NCBI GenBank assembly: GCA_049724395.1
Contig: JAUGWO010000135.1
Span: 124,001 to 148,723 of the forward strand
Source of the DNA: Spongospora subterranea f. sp. subterranea
Taxonomy: Eukaryota
DNA: 24,723 nucleotides
Reading direction: 5' to 3'
Shown in pieces: positions 11,790 through 23,615 of the stretch (positions are counted from its first letter, which is position 1; each line of letters starts with the position of its first letter). The position numbers and the translations under genes are program-made. The notes below the pieces were generated by a model. The model was not told the origin of the DNA. It saw only the letters and a program-made list of their open reading frames with translations, and ran no database searches.

Positions 11790-12480
11790 CGATGGTGAGA
11801 ATGTTTTTAGACGACTATGGTTTTCATGGCGCCGATCCGGTCTATTCGGAACAGGTTACTATCGGAACATCACATTTCTAAAACACATTGCTAATCTCTG
11901 AGCGTGTGGAATGTTTGGGATTGGTATTGAACACGGTTACTCTATTTAGTGATATTCCGCCCGCCATGCGAACTCATTATTATAAACAGATCCAACACCT
12001 CCTGTCCCTTCAACATGCCTCAGCCCGACGATTGTCGCGATTGCTCGGGCAACCAGCACCTTCGTCCTATTGCACGTTGTCCACGAACTTCTCAGGTTCA
12101 CGTTCTTGATCAGACTAATTAGTTTAATCACAAAGGATATATTGGCATCCACAGCGACGAGGAAGACTGAAGACATGCGAAAAGACATGCAAAAACGTTG
12201 AAATCTCTGCGGAATTCGAGTGAATTTAGCAGCTCACACTTTAACCGTGAACATACTGAACCGGGTATATACGGTGATCGTGGGTGATTATAGAGTTGAG
12301 GAGTTGTTGCCGCAACTGGCCACGGCCGGCCGGCGCAACAGTGTCACTGTGTTGGACAAAACACGGACTTTTTCCAGGACAGTGACACAATGGCAATGGA
12401 GAAGTCATACACTACAGTGACATGTGAATACCCATGTCAAGGAGTTGACTGTATGTAGTGCAGGGTCCGCTATTAATGTT
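11790..12480 (+). mobile_element. Degenerate DIRS/Ngaro-type retrotransposon RT and RNase H fragments
   Basis: VRMFLDDY (11795-11818, YLDD-type motif), then ERVECLGLVLNT...IP...SARRLSRLLGQ typical of the DIRS RT C-terminus, and WQW...HVNTHVKEL resembling the DIRS RNase H W....HIN.xEL motif. Interrupted by stops and deletions. Confidence 0.65.
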
Positions 12481-12939
12481 TAGTACGAGGGATCCGCATT
12501 TCCTGTCATTTCCATAATGGTGTCGTTCATGGCGTTCAGGGTCACTGTTGCAGTGATGTTTTTGATATTGCTTGTTTCTGGCTCATCCACCAGGTATACA
12601 AGGGCTTTGACCCCGGCTCCACATACTAATCTTGGATTCTCATTTCGTTGTGCAGTGGCGGCGACCAGCTTTCGATAGGACAGCTGACGCCAGAGTTTTC
12701 CTTGATGGCATTGCTGAAATCTGATGCGGTTGTGAAAGTCCTTGAAGACTTGTTTGAATTCGTGTACGGGACCCTCGTCATGACCAACATCATTTGCTGA
12801 TTTCTATCCATAGCGACCTGCCTTGTGATATGGGATTAGTATCCCAAGCTTTAAAACATATCGGCCTTGAGTAACCCAATATTTCCACCCTCGATTTGTC
12901 CACGATTCAATCCTGGTCATTTAACAGCTTCTACTTCTT

Positions 12940-13310
12940 AATCATGGTCAACAATCCACTAAACGACAAAATGTTGGACGTCTACCAAAATCCAATCGCC
13001 AAAGCTTTCTATGATGAGAAAGGCCATGACCAGTACTTCAAAGACTGCATATCACCGTTCAGGAAGGAACATTTAAAGAAGTTCGACGAAGACTTTGTGT
13101 CGGGTTTCCATCGAAATATCGAATGGGGTTATTGGAACTCATTTGTTCATCAGTCAATGCTTTTGCAGTACAGTTTCGAGTTTTTTGCAAAATCCCGACT
13201 CTCAGGCAGAAGCCAAGAATGAGATGATGGGGCCAAAAGATCAATTGCTTCAGGAGAACAGCCGTCAGGAAGACTTTACGAAACCACAAATTTCAACGGA
13301 CAAGCGGTGA
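12940..13310 (+). pseudogene. 3' part of a decayed gene, family C copy 1
   Basis: Overlapping ORFs 12896..13222 and 13095..13310. FLQNPDSQAEAKNEMM matches FLQNPDSKTKAENVMN at ~16770-16820. Confidence 0.4.
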
Positions 13311-13394
13311 TATTCAATATCTGAAAGTGTACTGTTCTTTATACTGAATCTAGCTTTCAGGCGCGAAATTTTCGTGTTTTTTTTTATTGTCCGG

Positions 13395-14290
13395 ATCGTC
13401 CCCAAATTTCTAGTCGACTTCGCGAAAGTTCAGTACGAGGGCGTCGATCTGGAGATAGCTTCGGCATTCGCTGATCGTGTCGGACAGCAAGCGGTCGATT
13501 TTTTCTATCTGCAACGGTAGCTGTGGCTTGACGCGATCAAAGTGTTCGTGCCCCTCGCCTGATAGGCTTTTTTTAATCAGGACCCTGATTGATTGGGATC
13601 GGAAATTATTGCAGGAATCTGATTGGTATTTCCGGTCCATTCTTTCAATCATCATCAACCGCTTATCTCCAGGTTTTCAGGAATGTTCTCTTGGGGCCGG
13701 TGTTTAACTACCTTGATGAGCGTATCTTCCCATTCCAACAATATAGCCTCTTGGGAGCTGAGTCGAGGTTGCGCGGAATTCTGTCACCGATTACAATGCT
13801 GTGATTTGTATTCATCGTTTTGTTCATAAACGCCATTAGTAACATGTCGATTCTCACAGTTTACGTTTTTCAGCGAATGCTGTCGAATTCGCAATGCTCT
13901 ATCATGCATATGTCGCTCTTCGTCATCATCAAATGTTCATGGAATATTCCAACAAGGTCTCTAATCTCTATCAAAAGGACTGGTAAATGACCATAATGAA
14001 CAACTGTCGTTTTACCGTCTAAATCATCTGGTTTAGCCAAAAAAAAATCGTCAGATTCATCTTACCAAACTATCGTGAAGAATTTGACGATTTGTGGTAC
14101 CTTGTATATATCCTCATCATCATCCCACCTGAAACCTGGCCATTTATTTCAGTTTTTTGAAATCACAACCTGCTGAAGACGTTGAGGGGTCAGGCCCAAA
14201 TTTCATGTTCGGGCAATTTCTCGAGAATTTGGCGGACTTGCTGGGAAATGGGTGCGGTTCAATCTTGAATTATTGGCAATTTGTATAAAG
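13395..14290 (+). pseudogene. Decayed multi-exon gene, family B copy 1 (unknown function)
   Basis: Paralogous to 17113-18080: IVPKFLVDFAKVQYE...VDFFYLQR, a conserved GTAGCT..GATAG intron, LIRTLIDWDRKLLQE and RFILPNYREE. Indels relative to the other copy. Confidence 0.6.
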
Positions 14291-14708
14291 TGTGTTCATG
14301 GTGTTCTCATGTAGACCAATTGGATTTTCGGCGTTGAACAATGATAAAAAGGGAGAACTTCTCGTTCGACTCATGACTGCAAAGACTACAGCGATGACGA
14401 TGAGGAGGCCGGATCCAGCTGACTATAAAGGTGACGATGAAATGTAATAGTGTTCATTGGAACTCGGTTTTATATCGTGAGCTGTGTTGTCTCAGACCTT
14501 ATGGCGAGAACTGACCCAATCAAAATTTGATGTGAGCTGTTGAGAGTGGGTCCTGCAAATCACTAAAAACACCTACCATTTGCCAGTAATTCCCAATTTT
14601 AGGAAAAGTTGTGTCATGATGGTATCAGAAGCGTCAAGGACCAATGCATTGAGGGCTAGCGATGGCAATAACTAAATACTGCCTGTAGCATCGCGAGCAC
14701 TTTGATGA

Positions 14709-15715
14709 GAATGGAAACACCTTCATCAAGACGTGGAGAATTAATAGTTTGGAAGAGAGTTCCTGGAGTCAAACAAATTATTTGGTCTCATTTACTGATG
14801 TTGGTTACCTGACATCTCGCCACCTTAGATTTTTTCGACCCGGAAAGAAGATGTACTGTATTTGGCAAATTCAAAGAGTACAAGAGGATCATGGAATCTG
14901 CAATCATGATCGTAGCAACAAACGCCTTCTGTTCGGCGAATCGGGAAAAATATACGTGAGATGAACTAATTAACGAGCTTGAGGGTGGTTGAACGATTCG
15001 AGGGTTTTATGCTTTGCGAAGGTGATATATGAGAATGGATGGGGAATGTGGCGACACCGAGAATCAACTAACGTTGATGTCAAAACCCAAGTCATTCGAC
15101 TTGACTCACCGAATTCACCATTGGACATATCTCAATATGCCCTTTCGGCTCCCAAGTTGCCAGGGCTAATAAGTTCTCTCCCCCTCGGTGCCGATTTTTT
15201 CCATCGCGCCCTCTCGTCGGACTGGGGTTTCTGCATCACTATATCTTTTTGGTTAAAAAAAATTCCAAAATATGTTCTGAAGGGGACCCAGTAGTGAATA
15301 ATATCGGAATATACTGGATCTGATCAACTCATTGCACATACAAGTTGCTGTCATTCAGCTGCGATTGTTCGACTCTGTAGTGACGATGAAGGTGATATAG
15401 AACTGGAATCAGCAGCACCACCGTCTGAGTCGTCTACACCATTTCGTAAATTGACGAGTAAATCGCCGGTGATTAGCATCGTGCTCGGCTGGGTCCAGAA
15501 AACTGAGTAGTATGTTCAAAACGATACGGTGCTGGGGTAAATCATTGGCGTTATCCCAATATTTTGACGAACTAAACTGAAACTCCTTGGTCGAATAACT
15601 TTCCTAGCACCTGTTGTATTCCTCAAGCAAAGGCCAGCACTCCATTTGCCCACGACAGTAGATAGTACCCCTTGTAGTGAAAAATGGCCTCATGATTCTT
15701 TAGAATTGCCATCCT
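14709..15715 (+). pseudogene. Decayed multi-exon gene, family A copy 2
   Basis: Direct paralog of 9376-10515 (shared ctggatctgatcaactcattgcacatacaagttgctgtca). In-frame stop in ESAIMIVATNAFCSANREKYT*DELINELE. Confidence 0.6.
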
Positions 15716-16749
15716 TCTGCGTTGAAGATTGCAGAGGCGTTCCAATAAACTGTTTCTCCGATCAATACATCAGTGGACTCCAAATCCAAATACTTCTGTT
15801 GAGAAAGGCAGATTTGATCGACGGTTGGGAATTTAAAAGTTGGGTGAAACCACCGGTCTCACTAAACCCACGAGCAATTGAATTTGGACACACGAAGGTG
15901 CAGCCCAACGATTCAATAAATCTGCCCAAATTTATCCTCCTTGCTCTGTAGTGTACGCCAGAGGAGAAAACTTCAAACTCCAACGACGACGCTTTTCCGT
16001 CTTTGGTGTCAACCGCAATGGAATCTCAATAAAGTTCAGTAGTGTGTTGCCAGAACAGAATGGACGGTGATGATGGATTTGAATAGGAAACCACAATACT
16101 ATGGTTCCGTGGAGAAATGGAAAACACGTTCGCCGATGGCAGATAATCACTTCTGGTGACAGCTGAAACTATTGCATTCTGGAAGAGACCATCGAACCGA
16201 TGGGACCGTGAAAGCACCGCTGTAGAGAGCAAGGGTTCGTGGTTTCGGTTTTGTTTGGGCTTGTCAAGATCCTTGGAAAGAGTTTGAGGTAAAATAATGA
16301 CATGAACACTATCAAGATGCCCCAGGAAAAACACACCTGTCGCACTCGGCGCGGAGGATGATTTTAGCTCGGCGATACCTTCCGAGGCACATTAAATGAT
16401 TGAATATGAGTTCTGAGTTTCCTCGCTCCATAATGAGAATGCTGATTGGGATGCGATTCGCAAAACGTCTTGAACGATCAGTGGATCCAGCTGCGAGGAG
16501 TTCAAGAAGTGCCCGAAGAGGGGGCAATGATTGGCGCGATTTGCGGGTGGGTAGAACGAACCCATCGACATGCACAAATGAATTGCATCAGCTCCCAGGC
16601 AGTCCTTGGCGTAGCATCATTGGTAAAAGCAATTACACGATTACGGTAATCTCAAACACCCGTTTTAGAATGATTTAAACCGCACCATCTGGCACATCTT
16701 GCTGCGTTCAGCTTCAGACCACTCTGCCGACACAGTTCGAATATTTTTC

Positions 16750-18080
16750 GTAAAAACACCAGTTTCCGGATTTTCTGCAAAATCCCGATTCTAAAACAAA
16801 AGCCGAGAACGTGATGAACCAGTGCAGAAGGTCAATTGCTTGTTGAGCACAGTCGTCAGTACAAACTCACAAACAAACGGGGATACAATCTAAGACGGGC
16901 TTAGCACAACATGCTTTGATTGCTTGAAACTTTTCTGCCGAAAGATTATAACTAAACGAATAAATTTACAGTATAAATTGAATAGAGGACGTGAAAACTT
17001 GAACCCTGGCCGCCCAGGGTCAATTTCGACCGTGCGATGATCACCGACAGTTGATTGCAATAACGGAGCGATACGTCTGGCCACAATGGAACAACCTGAT
17101 TGATCATCCAGCATGGGCATCACTCTAGCGTTCAGACGCGAACTCTGTGTGTCCCATTTGATATTCAAGGCCGTCCCCAAACTCCTAGCCGAATTCGCGG
17201 AAGTTCAGCACGAGCGTGCCTATGTGCAGAGAGCATCGAATTTCGCTGCTTGTGCCCGAGACCAAACGATCGATTTTTTTTATTTGCAACGGTAGCTGTG
17301 TTTTGAAGCGATCAGAGTGTTCGTGCCCCTCGCCTGATAGTGAGTTTGATCAGGGACCTGGTGGCATGGGATGCGACATTACTGCAGGAGCTGGATCAGT
17401 ATTCCAGGGCCACTCTATCAAACATCATCAAACGCTCATCATCACGTTTTTCAGGAATGTTCTCTTGGGCCGGTGTGTACCTACTTGATCAGCGTATGTC
17501 CACACCCAAAGATTTTGGCCACTTGTTGGCTGGGTAGAGTATCATTCTGACACCGAACACAATGAGGTGATTTGTAAAGATCGGTTGGTCGATAAACGCC
17601 ATTAGTCATATATTGATTCTCAAAAGTCACGTTTGGCAAGCGAATCATGTCAAATTCACAATGCTCTATTGTGCATTTGTCGCTCTTTGTCATCGTCAAA
17701 TGGTCATGGAATATTTCAAAGAGAAAGCGTTAGATTCTGGTTCTTCATTTTTATGAAAACAAGGTTTCTGAGCTCTTTTCAAAGCGACTGGTAAATGACC
17801 ATCATATACGCCGTTTTTAACGTCCAAATCATCTGGTTTAGCGCAACAAGATCAATGAGATTCACCATCCCATACTATAGAGAAGAAGATGACTGGTGGT
17901 GCATCTTATAACATTTCATCAATCCTATGAAACTTGGCCATGTATTTCAGTTCGTGGAATCACAACCTCCTGAGGAAGATGTTCAGGGGTCCGGGCGAAT
18001 TCTCCTGCTGAGGGAATTTTGAACAAATTTAGCGGAATTGCTGGAATGGGTGCGATTTTGCGCTATTTTGTTAAAATTAA
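16750..18080 (+). pseudogene. Family C copy 2 (3' end) and family B copy 2, decayed
   Basis: Direct paralog of ~13170-14290: AVPKLLAEFAEVQHE...IDFFYLQR, LIRDLVAWDATLLQE and RFTIPYYREE, with frameshifts and stops. Confidence 0.6.
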
Positions 18081-18135
18081 TACCTTGTCGCCAATTCGTA
18101 GGGGGTTTATAACAAGCTTTGTTCTGGTCTGTCCC

Positions 18136-18180
18136 GGTTGGTGGCAGGTTAGGACCAGGTTGGTGGCAGGTTAGGACCAG
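18136..18180. repeat. Perfect 22-bp tandem duplication
   Basis: ggttggtggcaggttaggacca occurs twice in tandem. Confidence 0.95.
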
Positions 18181-18420
18181 AGACTTGAGTTGGCCAGCTA
18201 AAACGGAAGTAGAGCGCAGGATGGTGAGCATGGGAGGAACGACCTCTTGAAAAATAGACGGCTGATTTGTACTGATGCGACTTGGGTTCAAGGCATTGTG
18301 GTGCTCTGAACAGGGAATATCCCCCGTCTCCCAAGGGATCCGTTCGTCCCATATTTGACTCTGAACTCATCCCTTGCCCGATGGCGAACAGCGCTACTGT
18401 AGCGCCATCCCATTCCTCCA

Positions 18421-20963
18421 ATGCGTGTCCTCAAGTTGTTGATATTGCTGTTGGTGGCGACCAGACCGACTCGATCTGTGACAACCGAACATGGTCATGG
18501 TTGGGGCGAACGGTTGGGGTCCGGTCAGGTCAATGCCGCTACAAGAATCCCCTCCTCGACTTTATCGGTATGGATGGCGGAATTTCGCTCCATGAAATTG
18601 TCAAATTCTGAGAGCATTGATCGTAGCAGGACACCATGTCGCCGTCGCACGAGTGGGCCATGGTCCACACCATGACCCAAGGTTTACACTATCGGGTATT
18701 CGAATATCCGACCTAAAAATTAAATTTGCTGCAAGGCAATTTCTTGTTGGCGTTTGATTTTTTCAAAATCAATCGTGTCGACCAGTTTGGTGAAAGTTCT
18801 TCGATGAATGTTGTCGTTCAGCCCATCTTCATATAGTAATTCGGCTTGTTAAGTGCGTTTTTAGGAATGGAACTCGAGCCCGGGTTCGAAAACTGGCGCG
18901 TCCCATATCCGTATCCATTCTCAACAGTTGAGCCAAGAGGGCGAGAACCTCGATTGCCTTATCGATTTAAATCGAATTCCTATTGATTCGGAAATGTTGC
19001 CGTCAAAAGACTTTCTCGAGAATCTCGTGCCCGATAACAGGAACGACCACCAGTTTGGTGAAAGTTCTTCGATGAAGATAGTCGTTTAGTTCATCTTTAT
19101 ATACACATTCGGCTTGTTAAGTGCTTTTTTTAGGAATGGAACTCGAGTCCGGTTTCGAAAATTGACCTGTCCCATATCAGTATCGATTCTCAACAGTTGA
19201 TCCAAGAGCGCGAGAACCTCGATTGCCTTATCGATCTAAATCGAATTCCTATTGATTCGGAAATGTGGCCGTCAAAAGAATTTCTCGAGAATCTCGTGCC
19301 CGATAGCAGAAAAGCCCACCAGTTTGGTGACAGTTCTTCCAGAAACTTAGCCGTTCAGTGCTTGTCCAAATTGTGTTTGGGTTGGCTAAGTTGGTCTTAG
19401 GATTGGAACTGGAACACGAGTTCAAACCGTGATGAATCCCGTATCAGTAATGATGGACAACAGTCAATAGAAAGCGTACAGGGCAAAACTTTCGATTGCC
19501 TCAGCGACAAAACGATTCATTCAAAAAACCAGCCAGTTGACGTTCGTGAGAATTTCTTGCCAGTAAGCGATTGCCGAGAATCGTGATCACCAATATCTGC
19601 TTATGGCTTAATAGGGATGGATTTCCGGAGCACACTCCCAAAATGGTTCATTTCCGTAATTACAAGTACTTGGTGGCATTGAGAGTGCTCTGTCCGCTCT
19701 TAAACTGGGACCTGGATGAGGTCAAAGACTATGATAGCCTCTGTGTGTTTCTGGTTAGAACTCTGGTTCCCCGCTTTGCTGGGATTTGATGATCACAAAC
19801 GGTATTGTTTGCTTAGGGAAAGGAGACGAATCCTGAACAGGTCGAGTTTCAAGACAGTGTCGCCACGACGGATCACATCATCAAACTACTGTTGCGCGGA
19901 ATGTCGGGGCGGGATAAGGCTGAGGTCGGACAAAACAACATCGATGTTCCTGATCCTGGACAAATTGGCAATTCACCCAGCACCCGGCAAAAACTGATCT
20001 TGATTTCGAATTTTGTTTTGAAAGTGGTCTCTTGCAGAAAATCGGGCTGCAGTATTAGTCATAAGGTAATGTATTGTCTCAAGCACACCTGTATCCCCAT
20101 CCTTCGATGTCTTGTGAAATGTTGTGGCAAAGACATCGACCTGTTCCAGACACGTTGGGGAACGAGTTTCAAACACCGTAAATTTGGATTGAAATGCTGC
20201 CCCGGTCTTAGATCAAATTATCACACCTGCGGTTACCACATGACGAAACTCGTCAGACACCCTGACAACAGGTTTTCATTCGTTTTGTTTAGAAACAGTG
20301 ATGAACATTTGTCCTTTCAGAGACAAAGACTCCGGTTTATTGTATCTCAAAGCTCTTGCTCATGCTGTTTCATTTTCAAAAACCGCAGAAGAAAAGCTCA
20401 ATCTGTGCTGGAAATTCAACGAGGAATACCGATCAAGCGGCTCCATGACTCGACAGTTTCACCGATCATATTATAACCTGTCTACGAAACCCATCTGGGG
20501 GTGCTTTGTTCATCACTGTGGCCAAAATACAGATGAGTGGATTCGAAAATGGGGCCCTCAAATCGCACATTGGAAATTCAGAATGCGGAATTGTCATGGC
20601 CTCGAGTCCATTCGATGCGGATCGATAGAGCCACCATTTGACATTCCAGCAAGACTTGATCTTCCTCGTAAATCAACCCGAGACCTCAAAGCGCTTTCCA
20701 AAATCTTCGAACAGTATGATCAGTTCGTGATTAATAAGACAGCAACAATGAGATGCCCTCATCCGGATTTAACCGCTTTTATCAGAAAGTGCCGTTTTGT
20801 TAAGAATTGTTTACATCGTCATTGCGCTGGAAGTGTTCAGGAATTCGTTCGGAGATGGGGAGAATCAGTAAACTACACCAAGTTCAGTCGCAATTCCTGT
20901 CCTGGAACAGACAGAAAGGAATCTGATATCTGTCAATATGAACTTCGGACATCCCAAGTTTAG
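18421..20963 (+). CDS. Putative secreted ~690-aa protein with exon-repeat linker and three tandem Cys-rich domains
   Basis: Hand model: exons 18421-18567, 18627-18681, 18736-18815, 18865-19083, 19134-19352, 19401-19562, 19615-19645, 19686-19753, 19817-20271, 20321-20963 (2079 nt, open). All introns are GT..AG and 40-63 nt; the 19646-19685 intron is weak. The N-terminus MRVLKLLILLLVATRPTRS looks like a signal peptide. Confidence 0.65.
18781..19562 (+). repeat. Tandem repeat, ~268-bp unit, three copies (third diverged); each unit is one intron plus one exon
   Basis: accagtttggtga recurs at 18781, 19049 and 19318. Phase-0 introns at 18816-18864, 19084-19133 and 19353-19400. Confidence 0.92.
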
Positions 20964-21453
20964 ATCAGGGTTGACCCACCAGTTACTCAACAAACAAGGA
21001 AAACCACTTCGAGGATCGTGGCTCACCAAAAACAAACAACACCATCCTCTTTATAGTGATAAAAATTCCCGATTCCCAATGTTTGACTAAAAACAAAATC
21101 ATTCTGACGCGGGCGTCTAACGCTTTCTGTTGCGTTTATTGACTTTTATGTTTTCAAAGGCGAATTCAATTTGTGTCAGTTGATCACGCAGGTCCAGGTT
21201 GGATTTGGTTATCTGGAAGGATTTCGGAATCCACATTTCCAGTAGGGCCCATTCGACTTGATCTCCACCGCGTATGAAGACGGCGACCAACTCGAGATCA
21301 GCCGAAGGACGAAATCAGGTCGGGCGCAAATTGCATGTAAAGTATTTCGTTTTAGTTTATATGGGAATTTCATTGTTTATATCATAATACATTTTAAATC
21401 AAAAGATGAAGTCGGAAGTGTCCCAGTTTATTAGAAACCAGTTGGGTTCGGAT

Positions 21454-21660
21454 TAGGGTTGTCAACGGTTTCAAATCAACCAAACCGCTTTGAAAATGTT
21501 TCAAACTGTTCAAACCGGTTTGACAGAAAATGCCCAACTGATTGAATCCGGTTGCAGTCGGATTCCAAAGTGACTTGAACCGGTTCGAAATTAACCCGGT
21601 TTGATCTGGTTTGGAACAAGGGTTTGAATCGGTTAGGAATATATTTAGAGGTTCCACTCG
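21454..21660. mobile_element. Possible end of a non-autonomous hAT-like DNA transposon
   Basis: Starts TAGGGTTGTCAACGG (hAT-type terminus), followed by many degenerate AACCGG/CCGGTT motifs in both orientations. No clear partner TIR or 8-bp TSD. Confidence 0.35.
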
Positions 21661-22149
21661 AAGTTCGAAAGACCTTAAATTAGGTAAATCCAAGGAAATC
21701 GAGTTTGAAGGTTTACAATATGGATAGGAGCGTTGGCTTCATTGACAAGTCCTGAGGCGGCTGTTGATATCTTACCTCGACCAATACCCGATAGGTGCGA
21801 CCATCTGTTTTCATCGCTAGAAAAAACTGAGATTGGGCAGGATTCCGCACGCTTTAGTGGTTATTTTCAAGAACACACAATGTGGATCCATTATAATGCA
21901 TGAGCAAGTTGAGGCGCGGGTTGGCCGGGCATCAACGAAGGCGGGGACGAAGAGACCACCAAAACAACCGCGTTCGTCAAAGTGTTTGAAGATTATTTGA
22001 CGGCGTGCGAGACGTATTACGTCGCCAAGCCGGTCGCCCAACGTCCTCATTATATCAACGAACCAGCTGGCTTTACAGGTGTGGGTATGTCGCTTCATGT
22101 AGGGTGTCCTATCGGGATAACCAGCGAATCCGCTTGTTCGACACATCGT

Positions 22150-23615
22150 TTAATGGTCTCGATTTGGGTTTCAGTCTTCTTTAATTGTAGTTTAAACGAC
22201 GATAAAGAACGGATCATGATCTATCTCATCTCCTGTTGCTATTGCTTGTTTGGCGATTTCGTCAATCTCTTCGCTCCTTCCGATATTGATAGTTTTTGAC
22301 GGTTGAATTGGGTTGTCTACAGATTCATTCTTATCCATGTCTGGTACATGGCTAGGTATAAAGTGTATATCTACTTGGTTCTCGTTGGTTAGCTCTGCCA
22401 GTTTTTTAGCACATTCGGCAATAGTCTTGATCAATCGCTATATTTGATCCTATGATCAGTGCGATAATCTCACATTCATATGATGATGTCACTTTCGGTC
22501 CTAGTTTGGCTGTTGATTCGATCTCCTCTGCCTCATTTTCGGGGTTTTCCTTTCTTTTGCAATTGTCGATTAGAAGTGCTGCTGCACCTCCACCCTGTTC
22601 GCGTTTGAAACTTCCATCTGTCCATAGTTCGATGTCTGGGTTTTGTGGTAAAAGTTTTCCTTTTTGTGTTTCTTGATTGCATTTTTCCTATTTGCCGTGT
22701 GGAATCTAACCTGATATAGTCCCTCAAGGATATCTGGCGATATCTCTGTTTTCGCATGAATGTTCTCGAATCCATCTGGCACTCTCTCTCTGAGTGCTTT
22801 CCAGACTTCTCCAAGTGGTGTCCATCCATCTCCTTCACCAGTCCATTCTGTGTATTCTCTGCCCAATAATGCCCCATTGGCCTGAGCAGCGAGTACTGTC
22901 ATGTTGTTTCTGTGATGATTTTATCTCTCAATAGTGTGAATCCTGATATTGCATGTAATATAGGGATTGGTGTTGATTTGAAACACCCTGTATATGTTCT
23001 CATATAGTCCTTATATGCTGTCTCAATGGGTCGCAATGTCCTACTCATGTTCTTGTTGATTTCCTTGCCAACCAAGGTAGGTAATAGTTCAGTTTCCCTC
23101 CTATAAATCCTCTACATATCTGTTGATATGTTCTGTATGGTATCCGGTATTTTCTCATTTCTCGTACCAGTTTACATCTTTTCCTTATATCGTTGGCCAC
23201 TTCTGTCAGTTGAATTGTGAAAGTTGAGTGGTTATTTTCGTTTTTGGCGTTTAGCGTTGCTCCGAGGTATTGCACTGTTTTTGTCGTCTGGATCGTTTGT
23301 CCATTGATCGTCAATTTGTCTGATTGTGCGTATTCATTGAATAGAATGTTTGTTTTGAGCCATTGGATTTTGATCCTGTTGTCTTTACACCATTGCTGTA
23401 GTTTGGTGCTATCACTTCTCAGTTTTGTAGGTACTTCCTGTTTTGTGACTCCAATAACCCATTGTGTTGTGTCATCCACATACACATTACTGTTATTAGT
23501 CTCTATAGGGAGGTCATATATGTAGATTATCCACAGCAACACACTTACACTGGATCCCTGTGGAATACCATTCTCCTGTCTATGTAGTTTAGAATTGGCA
23601 TTTCTGTAGTTTACC
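22150..23615 (-). mobile_element. 5'-truncated, frameshifted non-LTR retrotransposon (LINE) with RT and RNase H
   Basis: NGIPQGSSVSVLLWIIYIYDLP, YVDD (~23471-23482), W....I.I...KT and QYLG are LINE RT motifs. Downstream RNase H motifs are WTDGS (~22610-22624), SYECEIIAL, HFIPSHV and DEIAKQA. Confidence 0.92.

Noticed and set aside
12478..12803. About 108 open codons on the minus strand without a start
   Set aside because: No recognisable motif or partner exons; cannot be supported as a gene.
13477..13570. Cys-rich peptide CNGSCGLTRSKCSCP conserved in both B copies
   Set aside because: Better explained as an off-frame read across a conserved intron; the synonymously conserved frame is DFFYLQR.
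15440..15560. F-box-like peptide on the minus strand (DLPQHRIVLNILLSFL) and its paralog near 10300
   Set aside because: Synonymous substitution patterns between the paralogs elsewhere in the block favour a plus-strand gene; the minus-strand match is probably chance.
17003..17020. 7-bp GC-rich hairpin accctgg-ccgc-ccagggt as a terminator or Helitron end
   Set aside because: No downstream CTRR, no second copy seen, and bacterial terminators do not apply here.
18781..19562. CRISPR-like or satellite array
   Set aside because: Eukaryotic context, ~268-bp units with no unique spacers; explained by exon duplication.
19560..19620. F-box-like LPRIVITNICLWL at the start of ORF 19571..19789
   Set aside because: It falls inside a well-formed GTAAGC..AATAG intron (19563-19614) of the larger gene model.
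21817..22146. ORFs on both strands next to the LINE end
   Set aside because: No recognisable domain, and not the missing C-terminus of the recombinase element.
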